DNA of 64,000 nucleotides from Oscillospiraceae bacterium (GTDB lineage: Bacteria > Bacillota > Clostridia > Oscillospirales > Ruminococcaceae), in NCBI GenBank assembly GCA_017436575.1, contig JAFSCU010000008.1, forward strand, positions 8,116-72,115. Reading direction: 5' to 3'. A program made the position numbers and the translations under genes. The notes under the pieces are model-generated. The model was not told the origin of the DNA and made no database searches. It saw only the letters and a list, made by a program, of their open reading frames with translations. Positions 28,443 to 38,507 of this stretch are shown piece after piece (position 1 is the stretch's first letter; each line of letters starts with the position of its first letter).

Positions 28443-30845
28443 ATGAAATACGATTTTAAAGCTACAGAAGCCAAATGGCAGAAAATCTGGGACGAACAAA
28501 AAACATTTAAAACAAAAGACGATAAAACAATGCCTAAATTCTATGGCCTGATTGAGTTTCCATACCCATCAGGTGCAGGTCTGCACGTAGGTCACCCACG
28601 TTCCTACACAGCCATGGATATTATTTCAAGATATAAAAGAATGACAGGTCACAATGTAATGTATACAATGGGCTGGGACGCTTTCGGTCTGCCTACTGAA
28701 AACTTTGCAATGAAAAACCACATTCACCCTGAAATCGTTACAAAAAACAATGTTGCACGTTTTAAAGCACAGCTGAAAAGCCTGGGTCTTTCTTTTGACT
28801 GGGACAGAGAAATCAACACAACAGACAAAGATTACTACAAATGGACACAGTGGATTTTCCTGCAGATGTTCAAACACGGTCTTGCTTACAAAAAGGAAAT
28901 GAATGTAAACTGGTGTACAGGCTGTAAGGTTGTACTGGCCAATGAAGAAGTTGTAAACGGTGTTTGCGAACGCTGTGGCAGTGATGTTGTACACAAAACA
29001 AAAAGCCAGTGGGTGCTGAAAATTACAGAATATGCAGACAAACTCATCGATGACCTGGATACTGTAAACTTTATTCCACCTGTTGTTGCACAGCAGAAAA
29101 ACTGGATTGGCCGTTCAAAAGGCGCACAGGTTAAGTTCAACACAACTGAAGGTCATGTGCTGGAAATTTACACAACACGCCCAGACACTATTTTTGGTGC
29201 CACATATATGGTTATCGCTCCTGAACATCCATTTATCGAAGAATGGAAAGATGTTCTGGAAAACTATGATGAAGTGGTGGCATACCGTGAAGCTGCAGCA
29301 AGAAAGAGCGACATGGAAAGAACAGAACTGTCCAAAGAAAAGACAGGTGTTATGTTGAATGGCGTTAAAGCAATCAATCCACTGACAGAAAAAGAAATTC
29401 CTATCTTTATATCTGACTATGTTCTGGCAACATACGGCACAGGTGCCATTATGGCTGTTCCAGGTCACGATGCACGCGACTGGGAATTTGCAAAAAAATT
29501 CGGTTGTCCAATCGTTGAAGTTGTAAAAGGCGGCAACGTTGACGAAGCAGCATTTACAGATTGTGACACAGGTGTTATGGTAAACAGCGGCCTGCTGGAC
29601 GGTATGTCTGTGGAAGAAGCAAAAGTTGCTATCGTTAAATATCTGGAAGAAAAAGGTATTGGTGTAGAAAAAACAAACTACAAACTCCGTGACTGGATTT
29701 TCTCACGTCAGAGATACTGGGGCGAACCAATCCCAATGATTTACTGCGAAGACTGTGGCTGGGTACCACTGCCTGAAGAACAGCTGCCTCTGGAACTGCC
29801 TGAACTGGAAGATTTTGAACCAACAGGCGAAGGCGAAAGCCCTCTGGCACGTTGCACAGAATGGGTAAATACAACATGTCCACACTGCGGCAAACCTGCA
29901 AAACGTGAAACAGACACAATGCCACAGTGGGCAGGTTCATCATGGTACTTCCTGCGTTACATCGACCCACACAACAACGATGCCCTGGCAGCAAAAGAAG
30001 AAATGGACTACTGGATGCCTGTTGACTGGTACAACGGCGGTATGGAACATACAACACTCCATCTGCTGTACTCACGTTTCTGGCATAAATTCCTTTATGA
30101 TATCGGTGTGGCACCAACTGCTGAACCATACGCAAAGAGAACTTCCCACGGTATGATTCTGGGTGAAAACGGCGAAAAAATGTCCAAATCCCGCGGCAAT
30201 GTTGTTAACCCTGATGACATCGTAAATGAATACGGTGCCGATACATTCCGTCTTTACGAAATGTTTATGGGTGACTTCCAGAAAGCAGCACCTTGGTCCA
30301 ACAGCTCTATCAAAGGCTGTGCAAGATTCCTTGACAGAGTATGGAACCTGCAGGATATTGTGGTTGAAGGCGATGAATACTCCAAAGACCTGGAAACAAC
30401 ATTCCACAAACTTATCAAAAAAGTTGGCGAAGACATTATGTCACTGGGCTTTAATACAGCTATCGCTGCAATGATGGGTGCACTGAACGAAATTGCAGAA
30501 AAAGGCAGCATCACAAAAGGCGAACTGAAAACATTTATTCTGTTGCTGAACCCATTTGCACCACATATGACAGATGAAATGTGGCAGTGTCAGGGCTTTG
30601 AAGGCATTGCTTCAGTAGCAAAATGGCCTGAATATGACCCAGCTAAATGTGTGGAATCCACTGTTGAGCTTCCTGTACAGGTTAACGGTAAACTGAGAGG
30701 TAAAATCACAGTTACACTGGATGCAGCAAAAGATGATGTTATCTCTATGGCTATGGAATCCGTTGCTTCTTATGTTGAAGGCAAGGCTGTTGTAAAACAG
30801 ATTTTTGTACCTGGCAGAATGGTAAACATTGTAGTTAAAGGCTGA
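28443..30845 (+). CDS. leuS: leucine--tRNA ligase
   Basis: 800 aa. HVGH (HIGH) and KMSKS motifs, plus a CP1 editing domain. Confidence 0.97.
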   Translation: MKYDFKATEAKWQKIWDEQKTFKTKDDKTMPKFYGLIEFPYPSGAGLHVGHPRSYTAMDIISRYKRMTGHNVMYTMGWDAFGLPTENFAMKNHIHPEIVTKNNVARFKAQLKSLGLSFDWDREINTTDKDYYKWTQWIFLQMFKHGLAYKKEMNVNWCTGCKVVLANEEVVNGVCERCGSDVVHKTKSQWVLKITEYADKLIDDLDTVNFIPPVVAQQKNWIGRSKGAQVKFNTTEGHVLEIYTTRPDTIFGATYMVIAPEHPFIEEWKDVLENYDEVVAYREAAARKSDMERTELSKEKTGVMLNGVKAINPLTEKEIPIFISDYVLATYGTGAIMAVPGHDARDWEFAKKFGCPIVEVVKGGNVDEAAFTDCDTGVMVNSGLLDGMSVEEAKVAIVKYLEEKGIGVEKTNYKLRDWIFSRQRYWGEPIPMIYCEDCGWVPLPEEQLPLELPELEDFEPTGEGESPLARCTEWVNTTCPHCGKPAKRETDTMPQWAGSSWYFLRYIDPHNNDALAAKEEMDYWMPVDWYNGGMEHTTLHLLYSRFWHKFLYDIGVAPTAEPYAKRTSHGMILGENGEKMSKSRGNVVNPDDIVNEYGADTFRLYEMFMGDFQKAAPWSNSSIKGCARFLDRVWNLQDIVVEGDEYSKDLETTFHKLIKKVGEDIMSLGFNTAIAAMMGALNEIAEKGSITKGELKTFILLLNPFAPHMTDEMWQCQGFEGIASVAKWPEYDPAKCVESTVELPVQVNGKLRGKITVTLDAAKDDVISMAMESVASYVEGKAVVKQIFVPGRMVNIVVKG

Positions 30846-30857
30846 TAAATAATAATT

Positions 30858-30893
30858 ATTCCGGGAATAATTGAAGGTTATTCCCGGAATTAT
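30858..30893 (+). terminator. stem-loop terminating the leuS operon
   Basis: ATTCCGGGAATAA-TTGAAGG-TTATTCCCGGAAT, a perfect 13-bp stem. The U-tract is weak (TTATAT). Confidence 0.5.
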
Positions 30894-30955
30894 ATACCAA
30901 TGATTATACAGGATAACAAAAATCAATTTTTTACCATCAGAAAATAAAGTTTTTA

Positions 30956-30984
30956 TTGACAAGTGGTATGTTTATCTGTATAAT
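30956..30984 (+). promoter_or_regulatory. perfect-consensus sigma-A promoter of rpsU
   Basis: TTGACA (30956-30961), 17 nt, TATAAT (30979-30984). Confidence 0.65.
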
Positions 30985-31056
30985 TATTTTGTGACTGTGA
31001 AAGCAGTACTTTTACAGTTAAATCAAGAGCTAAAAAGCGTAAGGGAGTGAAAATAG

Positions 31057-31233
31057 ATGTCAGAAATTAGAGTAAAAGATAATGAATCTCTGGATTCAGC
31101 ACTTCGTCGCTTTAAGCGTTCATGTGCAAAATCAGGCGTTCTTGCTGAAGTTCGCAAACGTGAACATTACGAAAAACCATCCGTAAAACGCAAGAAAAAA
31201 GCTGAAGCAGCTCGTAAACGTAAATATAAATAA
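31057..31233 (+). CDS. rpsU: 30S ribosomal protein S21
   Basis: At 58 aa it falls below the ORF-track cut-off. [68 protein letters not shown]. Confidence 0.9.
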   Translation: MSEIRVKDNESLDSALRRFKRSCAKSGVLAEVRKREHYEKPSVKRKKKAEAARKRKYK

Positions 31234-31261
31234 TTGAGCGGCTTGTGATTTTATAACTTTT

Positions 31262-31290
31262 AGCGGACTGTTACAGTCCGCTTTTTGTTT
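31262..31290 (+). terminator. rpsU terminator
   Basis: AGCGGACTG-TTA-CAGTCCGCT followed by TTTTTGTTT. Confidence 0.8.
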
Positions 31291-31321
31291 GCAATTTTTA
31301 ATATATACACTTTATTACCAT

Positions 31322-31356
31322 AAAAAACACGGATTCCTTTTTGGAATCCGTGTTTT
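31322..31356. terminator. bidirectional terminator (serves the minus-strand gene ending at 31360)
   Basis: AAAAAA-CACGGATTCC-TTTTT-GGAATCCGTG-TTTTGTTTT. Confidence 0.75.
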
Positions 31357-31359
31357 GTT

Positions 31360-32244
31360 TTAATCAATAACCACACCTGTGTCATAGCTTTTGTTGCCTA
31401 TATCTTCCAGCAGGTCGCTCAATGTGTATATGCCTTTGAAATATTCCAGCCCTACGTTGATACATTCGGCCGCCAGATAATCGGCACGTAACAGCAGATT
31501 GTCCAGTGTTTCCACACTGTGCAGCCCTGCGGCCTCGTTTTTCCAGAAGCCGAAATCAGGTATTTCCCTGTTGCAAGGCTGCATGTGGCTCATTACAAAG
31601 CCGTCAGAAAAGCCCAGGGCTTTTTCCACCAGATATGCCAGAGGAAATTTTCCTTTGGCAGGTGAATAAAAGAATTTTTTTATAAATCTGAAATCCTTGA
31701 AAGCCTGTGTATATTCTCCACGAGGGTATTTGTGGTCTTCATAAGTGGCATCCACAGCCTTTTTGAACAGCAATGTTATCTGGTTCATAGTGGCCTTATC
31801 CAGTTCAGGGCAATACCGGTCCACATCTGCGGCGGCTTCACCGGTGGCTGCCAGGCTCAGCTTGCTGTCCAGTGCGCTTTCAAAATAACCGTGACCGGCA
31901 GAAATATTAAAAGGTGAACCATACAGCTGGGTAATATAATTTACAAACGGATGTATGGTGGAATCCAGCGAATAATGACACAGGAACCCCAGACAGTAGT
32001 CTTTCTGTGCATCTGTCTGTGCAAATCTGAACAGGTTTTTCAGAAACAACCCTGTCTTTTCGCTGTGCATAGTGTGCCCCAGACCAGCCAGGTCATACTT
32101 TCGCATAGGGTTGTACATCTGATAACAGAACAGAGGGTCTGGGCCATTGGCACCCATAATAAAACTGTTCAGATTTCTTGGCACATACCCGGCTATTTTC
32201 ATTGCATTTCTTGCATTGTGCTGATGTGCATAATTATCTGCCAT
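31360..32244 (-). CDS. zinc-dependent phospholipase C-like family protein
   Basis: 294 aa. Conserved His/Asp-rich segments (..YAHQHNARNA.., ..GANGPDPLF.., ..GFLCHYSLDSTIHPFVN..) resemble the Zn-PLC fold family. The call is tentative without an HMM search. Confidence 0.5.
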   Translation of the reverse strand: MADNYAHQHNARNAMKIAGYVPRNLNSFIMGANGPDPLFCYQMYNPMRKYDLAGLGHTMHSEKTGLFLKNLFRFAQTDAQKDYCLGFLCHYSLDSTIHPFVNYITQLYGSPFNISAGHGYFESALDSKLSLAATGEAAADVDRYCPELDKATMNQITLLFKKAVDATYEDHKYPRGEYTQAFKDFRFIKKFFYSPAKGKFPLAYLVEKALGFSDGFVMSHMQPCNREIPDFGFWKNEAAGLHSVETLDNLLLRADYLAAECINVGLEYFKGIYTLSDLLEDIGNKSYDTGVVID

Positions 32245-32264
32245 AATTCAGCCTTTCTGTAAAA

Positions 32265-33611
32265 CTAATTTTTTGTGGTTTCCTTTGCTTTAGGAAAAAC
32301 AAAGAAGAAAAGAATTGCCCCTGCGATAAATATCAGCAGAACGCTGAGAACACCCCAAGGGGAAGCCTGCCGGCTGACAGCGTCCAGAACTTCTGCAGGT
32401 GCTGTGGAGTCAATGCCCATTTTGTCCATAATTCTCTGCTGTGCAAAAGCTGTGGACCAGCCGAAAAGGGTAGGCCCCATTATTGCGGAAAACTTACCGA
32501 AAATATCATAGAAACCGAAAAACTCGCCACTGCGGTCTTTGTCAGGAATCAGTTTGCCGTACATACTGCGGCTGAGTGACTGTATGCCGCCCTGGCTGGT
32601 GGCAATCAGTACTGCCAACACCCAGAACTGCCATGCACTGCGTAAAAAGAAACCGAATACGCAGATAAACATATACATACAGATGCCAAAGCCTATCATG
32701 GTTCTGGTGCCCAGCTTTTCGCTGAGTTTTATGTACATCAGTGCAAAAGGCAGACCCAGCACCTGTGTCAGCAGCAGTGCCAGCATCATCTGTGTGGAGT
32801 CTATGCCCAGTGAAGAACCATAGATGGTAGACATGTGGATAATGGTGTTTACACCGTCAATGTAGAAAAAGTACGCCAGCAGGAAAACAAACATTTTTTT
32901 GTTTGCAAAGATTTCTTTTACAGTGTTGCCCAGCCCTTTCATAGCGTCGCCGATAGCGCCTTTGTGATAGTCTACACCGTTTTTCTGCTTCACATTTTTA
33001 AACAGTGGAATGGAAAACACTGCCCACCACACAGCAGTAAGTGCAAATGCCACTGTCAGACAGGTGGTCATTGGGATACCCATCAGGTTCATCACCAGAA
33101 AGATTACCAGCGGTATTGTGCTGCCGCCAATGTAACCCATACCATAGCCCATTGTGGAAACCCGGTCCATTTTTTCATCAGTGGTAACATCTGTCAGGAA
33201 TGAATCGTAATAAACATTTGCCCCGGCATGGCCGATACTGCATATTATGTAAAGTGCAAGAATAATCAGCCCTGTTTTTTCACTGCCTGCCGCGGTGGAA
33301 ACATCCATCTGCGGTGTAAATGCCAGCAGTGCACAGGCAGCTACACCGGTGGCCATAAAGCCGAAAAACAGCTTTTTACGCATGCCTTTAAAATCACCCA
33401 ATGCACCCAGCAATGGCGCCAGCAGGGCGCATATCAGCATTGCAAGGCTGGTGCCATAACCCCACCTGTTGATGGCTGCTGTACTGTTGGCACTGATTGT
33501 GTCGTAAAAAATAGGAAGAATAGTTACAATGATTACACTTTCGGCACTGTTGGCCCAGTCGTACATCATCCAGCTTTTTTCCTCTCTGGTAAATCCTTTC
33601 AGAAATTTCAT
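32265..33611 (-). CDS. MFS transporter, UMF1 (Atg22-like) family
   Basis: Trimmed to the ATG at 33611 behind GAGGAGAG. ..WMMYDWANSA.. is the UMF1 N-terminal signature. About 12 TM helices. Confidence 0.75.
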   Translation of the reverse strand: MKFLKGFTREEKSWMMYDWANSAESVIIVTILPIFYDTISANSTAAINRWGYGTSLAMLICALLAPLLGALGDFKGMRKKLFFGFMATGVAACALLAFTPQMDVSTAAGSEKTGLIILALYIICSIGHAGANVYYDSFLTDVTTDEKMDRVSTMGYGMGYIGGSTIPLVIFLVMNLMGIPMTTCLTVAFALTAVWWAVFSIPLFKNVKQKNGVDYHKGAIGDAMKGLGNTVKEIFANKKMFVFLLAYFFYIDGVNTIIHMSTIYGSSLGIDSTQMMLALLLTQVLGLPFALMYIKLSEKLGTRTMIGFGICMYMFICVFGFFLRSAWQFWVLAVLIATSQGGIQSLSRSMYGKLIPDKDRSGEFFGFYDIFGKFSAIMGPTLFGWSTAFAQQRIMDKMGIDSTAPAEVLDAVSRQASPWGVLSVLLIFIAGAILFFFVFPKAKETTKN

Positions 33612-33804
33612 AATATCTCTCCTCTGATAAAGGTTTATACAATCATATTTTATCATTATTGTTATAAATAATCAAATTGTAATTGGCTGAAAGCAATTTT
33701 ACCAAATTTACAGTTTACATTTATACTTCTGGTCAATAGCAATTTTATATGAAAACAGTTATTATAAAAGTAGAAATACATTTATATCGCGAAAGGAGAT
33801 ATTT

Positions 33805-35169
33805 ATGAAAAACCGTATCAACGAAATTCTTGAAGGAAAAAGAAAATATTTTACTGACCTTGCCGACTATATCTGGGCAAATCCGGAACTGGCTTACAGA
33901 GAATACAAATCAGCCAAGGCACTGAAAGATGCCATGGTTGAATGTGGTTTTGAAGTTACAGAAAATCTGGCAGGTATCGAAACTGCTTTCAAAGGTCAGT
34001 TTGGCTCTGGTCACCCTGTAATCGGCTTCCTGGGCGAATTTGACGCATTGGCCGGTCTGTCACAGGAATCTCTCAACCCTGAAAAATGCCCTATCATTCC
34101 AGGTGCACCTGGCCACGGCTGCGGTCATAATGCCATAGGCACAGGCTGTCTGGCTGCTGCAGTTGCAATGAAAGAGCTTATGGAAGAATATAAACTGCCA
34201 GGCACAGTTATTGTTTATGGCTGTCCTGCAGAAGAACAGGGCTGTGGCAAATCCTTTATGACCAGGGAAGGCGTTTTCAGTGAACTGGACGTGGCAATGG
34301 CACCACATCCAAGTGATACAAACAACATTATGGGTGTATCAATGCTGGCAAACATTCAGGCTGAATTTACATTCTACGGTCAGGCTGCCCACGCTGCTGC
34401 AAACCCAGACAAAGGACGCAGTGCTCTTGATGCTGCTGACCTGATGATTGTTGGCGTGCAGTTTTTGCGTGAACACATTGTTCAGGAAGCAAGAATCCAC
34501 CATGCATATATTGATGCCGGCGGTACTTCTCCTAATGTAGTGCAGGCACAGGCAAAACTGCTGTTCTACATTCGCGCACCAAAAGGCTATCAGGTAAAAG
34601 AAATTTTTGCACGCGTACAGGATGTTGCAAAAGGTGCGGCAATTATGACAGGCACAACATGGAAATGTGAAATCAAATCCGGTATGACAGACCTGCTGAA
34701 CAACGATGTGCTGGGTAATGTGGCTGCAGAAGCCTGGGCAGAAGTGGGCGAAACACAGTTTAGCGAAAAAGCATACGAAGTGGCAAAACTGTTGGCGCCT
34801 GCAGTGGGCAATCCGGAAGCAAAAGATGTGCTGGATAAATCTGTACCTAAATATGTGCGCATCCCTGTTGCAATGCCTGGTTCCACAGACGTTGGCGATG
34901 TTTCCTATGTGGTACCAACTGTTATGTATATGTATGCCGCTGAAACAAAAGGCACACCTGGTCATTCCTGGCAGCTGGTGGCACAGTCCGGCACAGAACT
35001 GATGCATGACGGTATGATGCACAATGCCAAGGTTATGGCTTTGACAGGCATGAAACTGCTGCAGAACCCTGAACTTGTTAAACAGGCAAAAGAAGAATTT
35101 GATTCTTACGGCGTTGAATATGACTGTCTGATTCCTGCTGATGTACAGCCGGAAGCACAGGCTGAATAA
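33805..35169 (+). CDS. M20-family amidohydrolase, AbgB (aminobenzoyl-glutamate utilisation B)-like
   Basis: 454 aa, GAAAGGAG RBS. ..HGCGHNAIGTG.. and ..PGSTDVGDVSYVVPT..GTPGHSWQ.. motifs. Confidence 0.8.
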   Translation: MKNRINEILEGKRKYFTDLADYIWANPELAYREYKSAKALKDAMVECGFEVTENLAGIETAFKGQFGSGHPVIGFLGEFDALAGLSQESLNPEKCPIIPGAPGHGCGHNAIGTGCLAAAVAMKELMEEYKLPGTVIVYGCPAEEQGCGKSFMTREGVFSELDVAMAPHPSDTNNIMGVSMLANIQAEFTFYGQAAHAAANPDKGRSALDAADLMIVGVQFLREHIVQEARIHHAYIDAGGTSPNVVQAQAKLLFYIRAPKGYQVKEIFARVQDVAKGAAIMTGTTWKCEIKSGMTDLLNNDVLGNVAAEAWAEVGETQFSEKAYEVAKLLAPAVGNPEAKDVLDKSVPKYVRIPVAMPGSTDVGDVSYVVPTVMYMYAAETKGTPGHSWQLVAQSGTELMHDGMMHNAKVMALTGMKLLQNPELVKQAKEEFDSYGVEYDCLIPADVQPEAQAE

Positions 35170-35190
35170 AACTTGGTTTGAATTAGATGA

Positions 35191-35220
35191 AGGCCATTGG
35201 ATTATCCAATGGCCTTTGTT
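35191..35220 (+). terminator. terminator after the M20 gene
   Basis: AGGCCATTGG-ATTAT-CCAATGGCCT followed by TTGTT. Confidence 0.7.
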
Positions 35221-35310
35221 GCGTTTAATGGTAAAATATTACGGTTTTATATAGCTTTTTGATAGTATATTGTGCTATAATAAAATAAATATGCACAGTA
35301 TTATTTACTA

Positions 35311-35345
35311 TTGTAAAAAAACAATGCACCGCATACAGCGGTGCA
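35311..35345 (-). terminator. terminator of the minus-strand XRE gene
   Basis: On the reverse strand: TGCACCGC-TGTAT-GCGGTGCA followed by TTGTTTTTTT. Confidence 0.7.
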
Positions 35346-35356
35346 GGAATTTATGA

Positions 35357-36025
35357 TTATTTTATCAGGTCTTCGGCAGTTTTCACTGTGTTCAGCAAAC
35401 CTTGTGCGTGCTTTGGATATACGTTGACAATGCTTTCACTGGTCATTTCAAAGGCATCGCCCTTGGCTTTTACCAGATTTTTGTCTGTCAGCAGCAGGTT
35501 TATATCTGCACTGGTTTTTTCCATGGCGCTTAATGTATAGCTTTCAAACAGTGTTGATGAAACGTTGAACATACTCAGGCTGTTTTTCTTTTCTGACCGG
35601 TACAGCTTTCTGAACATTCTGTAAACAGAAAGCATCAGATAGTCGCTTACCTTTGTGGTCAGTTCCTTGTTGCCGGCTTTGGCCAGCATATCGTACACAA
35701 CATTCAGTGAGGAAGAAATCAGTCTTTTGTTCATCGCTGGCAATACGCTGCCGGAATAGTGGCTGTCTTTTACGGTTTCAGCACCTTCCAGGTCGTCCAC
35801 TGTCAGTACAGCACCGCTTCTGTCCGGGCTTCTGCCCAGAATATAGTCACTGGATACATTGTAGTAATCACACAGCTTGATAAGAAAATCAAGACCGCAT
35901 TCTCTCAGCCCTTTTTCATAATGGCTCAACAAAGCCTGGCTGATACCCAGATCGGCTGCTGCCTGTTTCTGTGTAATGCCTTTCTCTTTGCGTAATAAAG
36001 TTATAATTCTGCTGAAGCTGTTCAT
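35357..36025 (-). CDS. XRE-family HTH transcriptional regulator with an uncharacterised C-terminal domain
   Basis: 222 aa. ..LRKEKGITQKQAAADLGISQALLSHYEKG.. HTH_3 motif. Divergent from the phosphatase/NDT operon. Confidence 0.7.
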   Translation of the reverse strand: MNSFSRIITLLRKEKGITQKQAAADLGISQALLSHYEKGLRECGLDFLIKLCDYYNVSSDYILGRSPDRSGAVLTVDDLEGAETVKDSHYSGSVLPAMNKRLISSSLNVVYDMLAKAGNKELTTKVSDYLMLSVYRMFRKLYRSEKKNSLSMFNVSSTLFESYTLSAMEKTSADINLLLTDKNLVKAKGDAFEMTSESIVNVYPKHAQGLLNTVKTAEDLIK

Positions 36026-36153
36026 GATTTTTCCTCTTTGTTTAAATTACTGTCTGTAAATTATACCCCAGAAAAAACATATTGTAAATAGCAATTTTAG
36101 ACTAAAAATAACAAAATATATAACAAATTTCACATAAATGGAGGACCCTCAAA

Positions 36154-36837
36154 ATGAGAAGTTATAAACTGCATCTTATACGTCATGGCCTTACAGAAGG
36201 CAATCTGCTGGGCCAGTATCTTGGCAGCGGCACTGATTCACCGCTGTGTCAGTCAGGTATTGAAAGACTGGAAATGCTGAGAGAAAAATTTACATACCCA
36301 TGGCCTGAAAAGCTTTATGTAAGCCCTATGAAAAGAACTGTACAGACAGCGGAAATCATTTACCCTGACCACGATTATACAATAGTGGCCGACCTGCGTG
36401 AATGTCATTTCGGCGAATTTGAAGGCCGCACATTCCAGGAGCTGATGGTAATTGACCCTAATTTTGCAAAATGGCTGGACCCAAACAGTGGCTATCAGCC
36501 AGAAGGCGGCGAAGCCAGTGCTGATTTTGCCGAAAGGGTTGTGCTGGCACTGGACCAGATTTTTATGGATATGATGAGAAACGGCATTCACGAAGCATCT
36601 GCTGTTACTCACGGCGGTGTTATAGTTCTGCTTTTGTCTATGCTGGCTTTCCCACGCAAAAATCCTGGTGAATGGACAACTGACAACGGCTGTGGCTTTA
36701 CAATATCCACTACACCTGAAATGTGGACACGCGACCGTGCAGTTGAAGTAACACAGATTCTGCCTGTCGGTTATGATTTTTCAGAAAGTCAGCTGAACCG
36801 GTTCAGAAAAAACAAAGGCCCTGAAGACGAAGAATAA
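36154..36837 (+). CDS. histidine phosphatase family protein (phosphoglycerate mutase-like)
   Basis: 227 aa, GGAGGA RBS. LIRHGLTEGN catalytic RHG motif and a downstream ..VTHGGV.. His. Confidence 0.8.
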   Translation: MRSYKLHLIRHGLTEGNLLGQYLGSGTDSPLCQSGIERLEMLREKFTYPWPEKLYVSPMKRTVQTAEIIYPDHDYTIVADLRECHFGEFEGRTFQELMVIDPNFAKWLDPNSGYQPEGGEASADFAERVVLALDQIFMDMMRNGIHEASAVTHGGVIVLLLSMLAFPRKNPGEWTTDNGCGFTISTTPEMWTRDRAVEVTQILPVGYDFSESQLNRFRKNKGPEDEE

Positions 36838-36852
36838 TAATTGAGGTGTTTT

Positions 36853-37386
36853 ATGAACAGAAAACCTGTTGTGTACATCGCTGGCCCTGAATGCTTTTAT
36901 GAAAATGGGGTACAGCTGGCAAAAGAGGCTCTGGCATTGTGTGAAAAATATGGGTTTGAAGGTATTTCTCCTGCAATGGGGCATCCTTTAGGCGATGAAA
37001 TTGATTTTTCAAAAGGAAAAGCCCACGCTGCCAGACAGATTTTCAACAACAATATCAGGTTTATCAATCACTGTGACCTGGTTATAGCAAATGTAAACAA
37101 TTTCCGCGGATGGGAACCGGATGGCGGCACCTGCTTTGAACTGGGTTATGCATATACACAGGGCAAAAAGCTGTACGGTTTTATGGCGGACACACGTCCT
37201 TGTTATGAAAAATACATTGGCAACATACATTATGATGCTCCGTTCTGGCGCGATGACAATGGTGCTTTCTTTGAAAGCGGTGCCTGCAATCTTATGATAA
37301 GCGGCCCGGCACAGATTATCAGGGGCACTTTTGAAGACGCAATCAAAAAAGCGGCAAAAGACTTTGGTTTGCAGGAGGCGGAATAA
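36853..37386 (+). CDS. nucleoside 2-deoxyribosyltransferase-like protein, paralogue 1
   Basis: ATG at 36853 behind GAGGTG. ..VVYIAGPECF.. and ..EPDGGTCFELGYA.. (conserved Asp/Glu motif of the NDT/DNPH1 fold). Confidence 0.7.
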   Translation: MNRKPVVYIAGPECFYENGVQLAKEALALCEKYGFEGISPAMGHPLGDEIDFSKGKAHAARQIFNNNIRFINHCDLVIANVNNFRGWEPDGGTCFELGYAYTQGKKLYGFMADTRPCYEKYIGNIHYDAPFWRDDNGAFFESGACNLMISGPAQIIRGTFEDAIKKAAKDFGLQEAE

Positions 37387-37982
37387 TGTTTATAGATAAA
37401 AATGGAGTTGTGCGCATGCCAAAGGCTTATCTGGCAGGCACAGAAATATTCTACCCTGACAGTAAGGAAACACAGAAAAAATATCACGCCCTATGTGAAA
37501 AATACGGTTTTATCGGCTTTTATCCGGAAGATGAGGCACCTGAAGATGAATACGCTGAATATGTGAAAAAAGACGATAGCCTTCACGAAATGGAAATGCA
37601 GCTGTTTACCCATGACCTGAACCACATAAAACGCACAGACATCATTATCGCCAATCTGAATGATTACCGCGGTAACGAGCCGGACAGTGGCACTGCTGTT
37701 GAATGCGGTCTTGCATGGGGGTATGGTCACCGCTGCTTTGCCTTTATTGACGATGCACGACCTATGAAAGAGCGTTTCAAGGGTGTGAAAAAAGTCAGGG
37801 AAGACGGCACAGTGACTGATAAAGACGGTGCAAAGCTGGAAGATTTTGACAGTCCGCTGAACCTTATGTTCTGCGATTTTACAATTTTTGAAGGCAATTT
37901 TGAAGATGCACTGAAAGGTATAAGAAAAATCTTCAATGAAGAACTGATTGCCGCAGGCTATCAGCCTTTTGAAGTAAAATAA
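37386..37982 (+). CDS. nucleoside 2-deoxyribosyltransferase-like protein, paralogue 2
   Basis: The start overlaps the upstream stop (TAATG); an alternative ATG lies at 37416. ..AYLAGTEIFY.. and ..EPDSGTAVECGLA.. Confidence 0.65.
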   Translation: MFIDKNGVVRMPKAYLAGTEIFYPDSKETQKKYHALCEKYGFIGFYPEDEAPEDEYAEYVKKDDSLHEMEMQLFTHDLNHIKRTDIIIANLNDYRGNEPDSGTAVECGLAWGYGHRCFAFIDDARPMKERFKGVKKVREDGTVTDKDGAKLEDFDSPLNLMFCDFTIFEGNFEDALKGIRKIFNEELIAAGYQPFEVK

Positions 37983-38000
37983 ATTTGACGAGGTATATGA

Positions 38001-38507
38001 ATGTCAGTATTCAAACCCCATTACATATTTGAAAAAACAACAAAAATCACCCCGCATTTTCTGAAAGAACTGGGGATAACCAATCTTTTGCTGGATGTGG
38101 ACAACACTCTTACCACCCACAATAACCCAGAGCCTTCTCCCGGCATTGAAGAATGGCTGGCAGAAATGAAGGTAAGCGGTATCAATATGGTGATTATTTC
38201 CAATAACAATAAAGAAAGAGTACGGCCTTTTGCTGCACGTCTTGGCCTGCCTTTCACCAGTATGGCCTGCAAGCCACTGCCTTTTGGTTATAAAAAAGGT
38301 ATGAAAATGTTGGGCGGCAATAAAAATAATACTGCTATGGTAGGCGACCAGATTTTTACCGACGTTATGGGTGCAAATCTGTCCGGTATGAAATGCCTTA
38401 TGGTGCTGGCTATACTGGAAGAAGACGGTGCAGGTTTTAAATTTAAACGCAAGCTGGAAAAAGGCTTTGTGGAAAAATATCTCAATCAGCAGGGAGGGGC
38501 ACTGTAA
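38001..38507 (+). CDS. yqeG: YqeG-family HAD-IIIA phosphatase
   Basis: 168 aa. LLLDVDNTL motif I and ..MVGDQIFTDV.. motif IV. Confidence 0.8.
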   Translation: MSVFKPHYIFEKTTKITPHFLKELGITNLLLDVDNTLTTHNNPEPSPGIEEWLAEMKVSGINMVIISNNNKERVRPFAARLGLPFTSMACKPLPFGYKKGMKMLGGNKNNTAMVGDQIFTDVMGANLSGMKCLMVLAILEEDGAGFKFKRKLEKGFVEKYLNQQGGAL

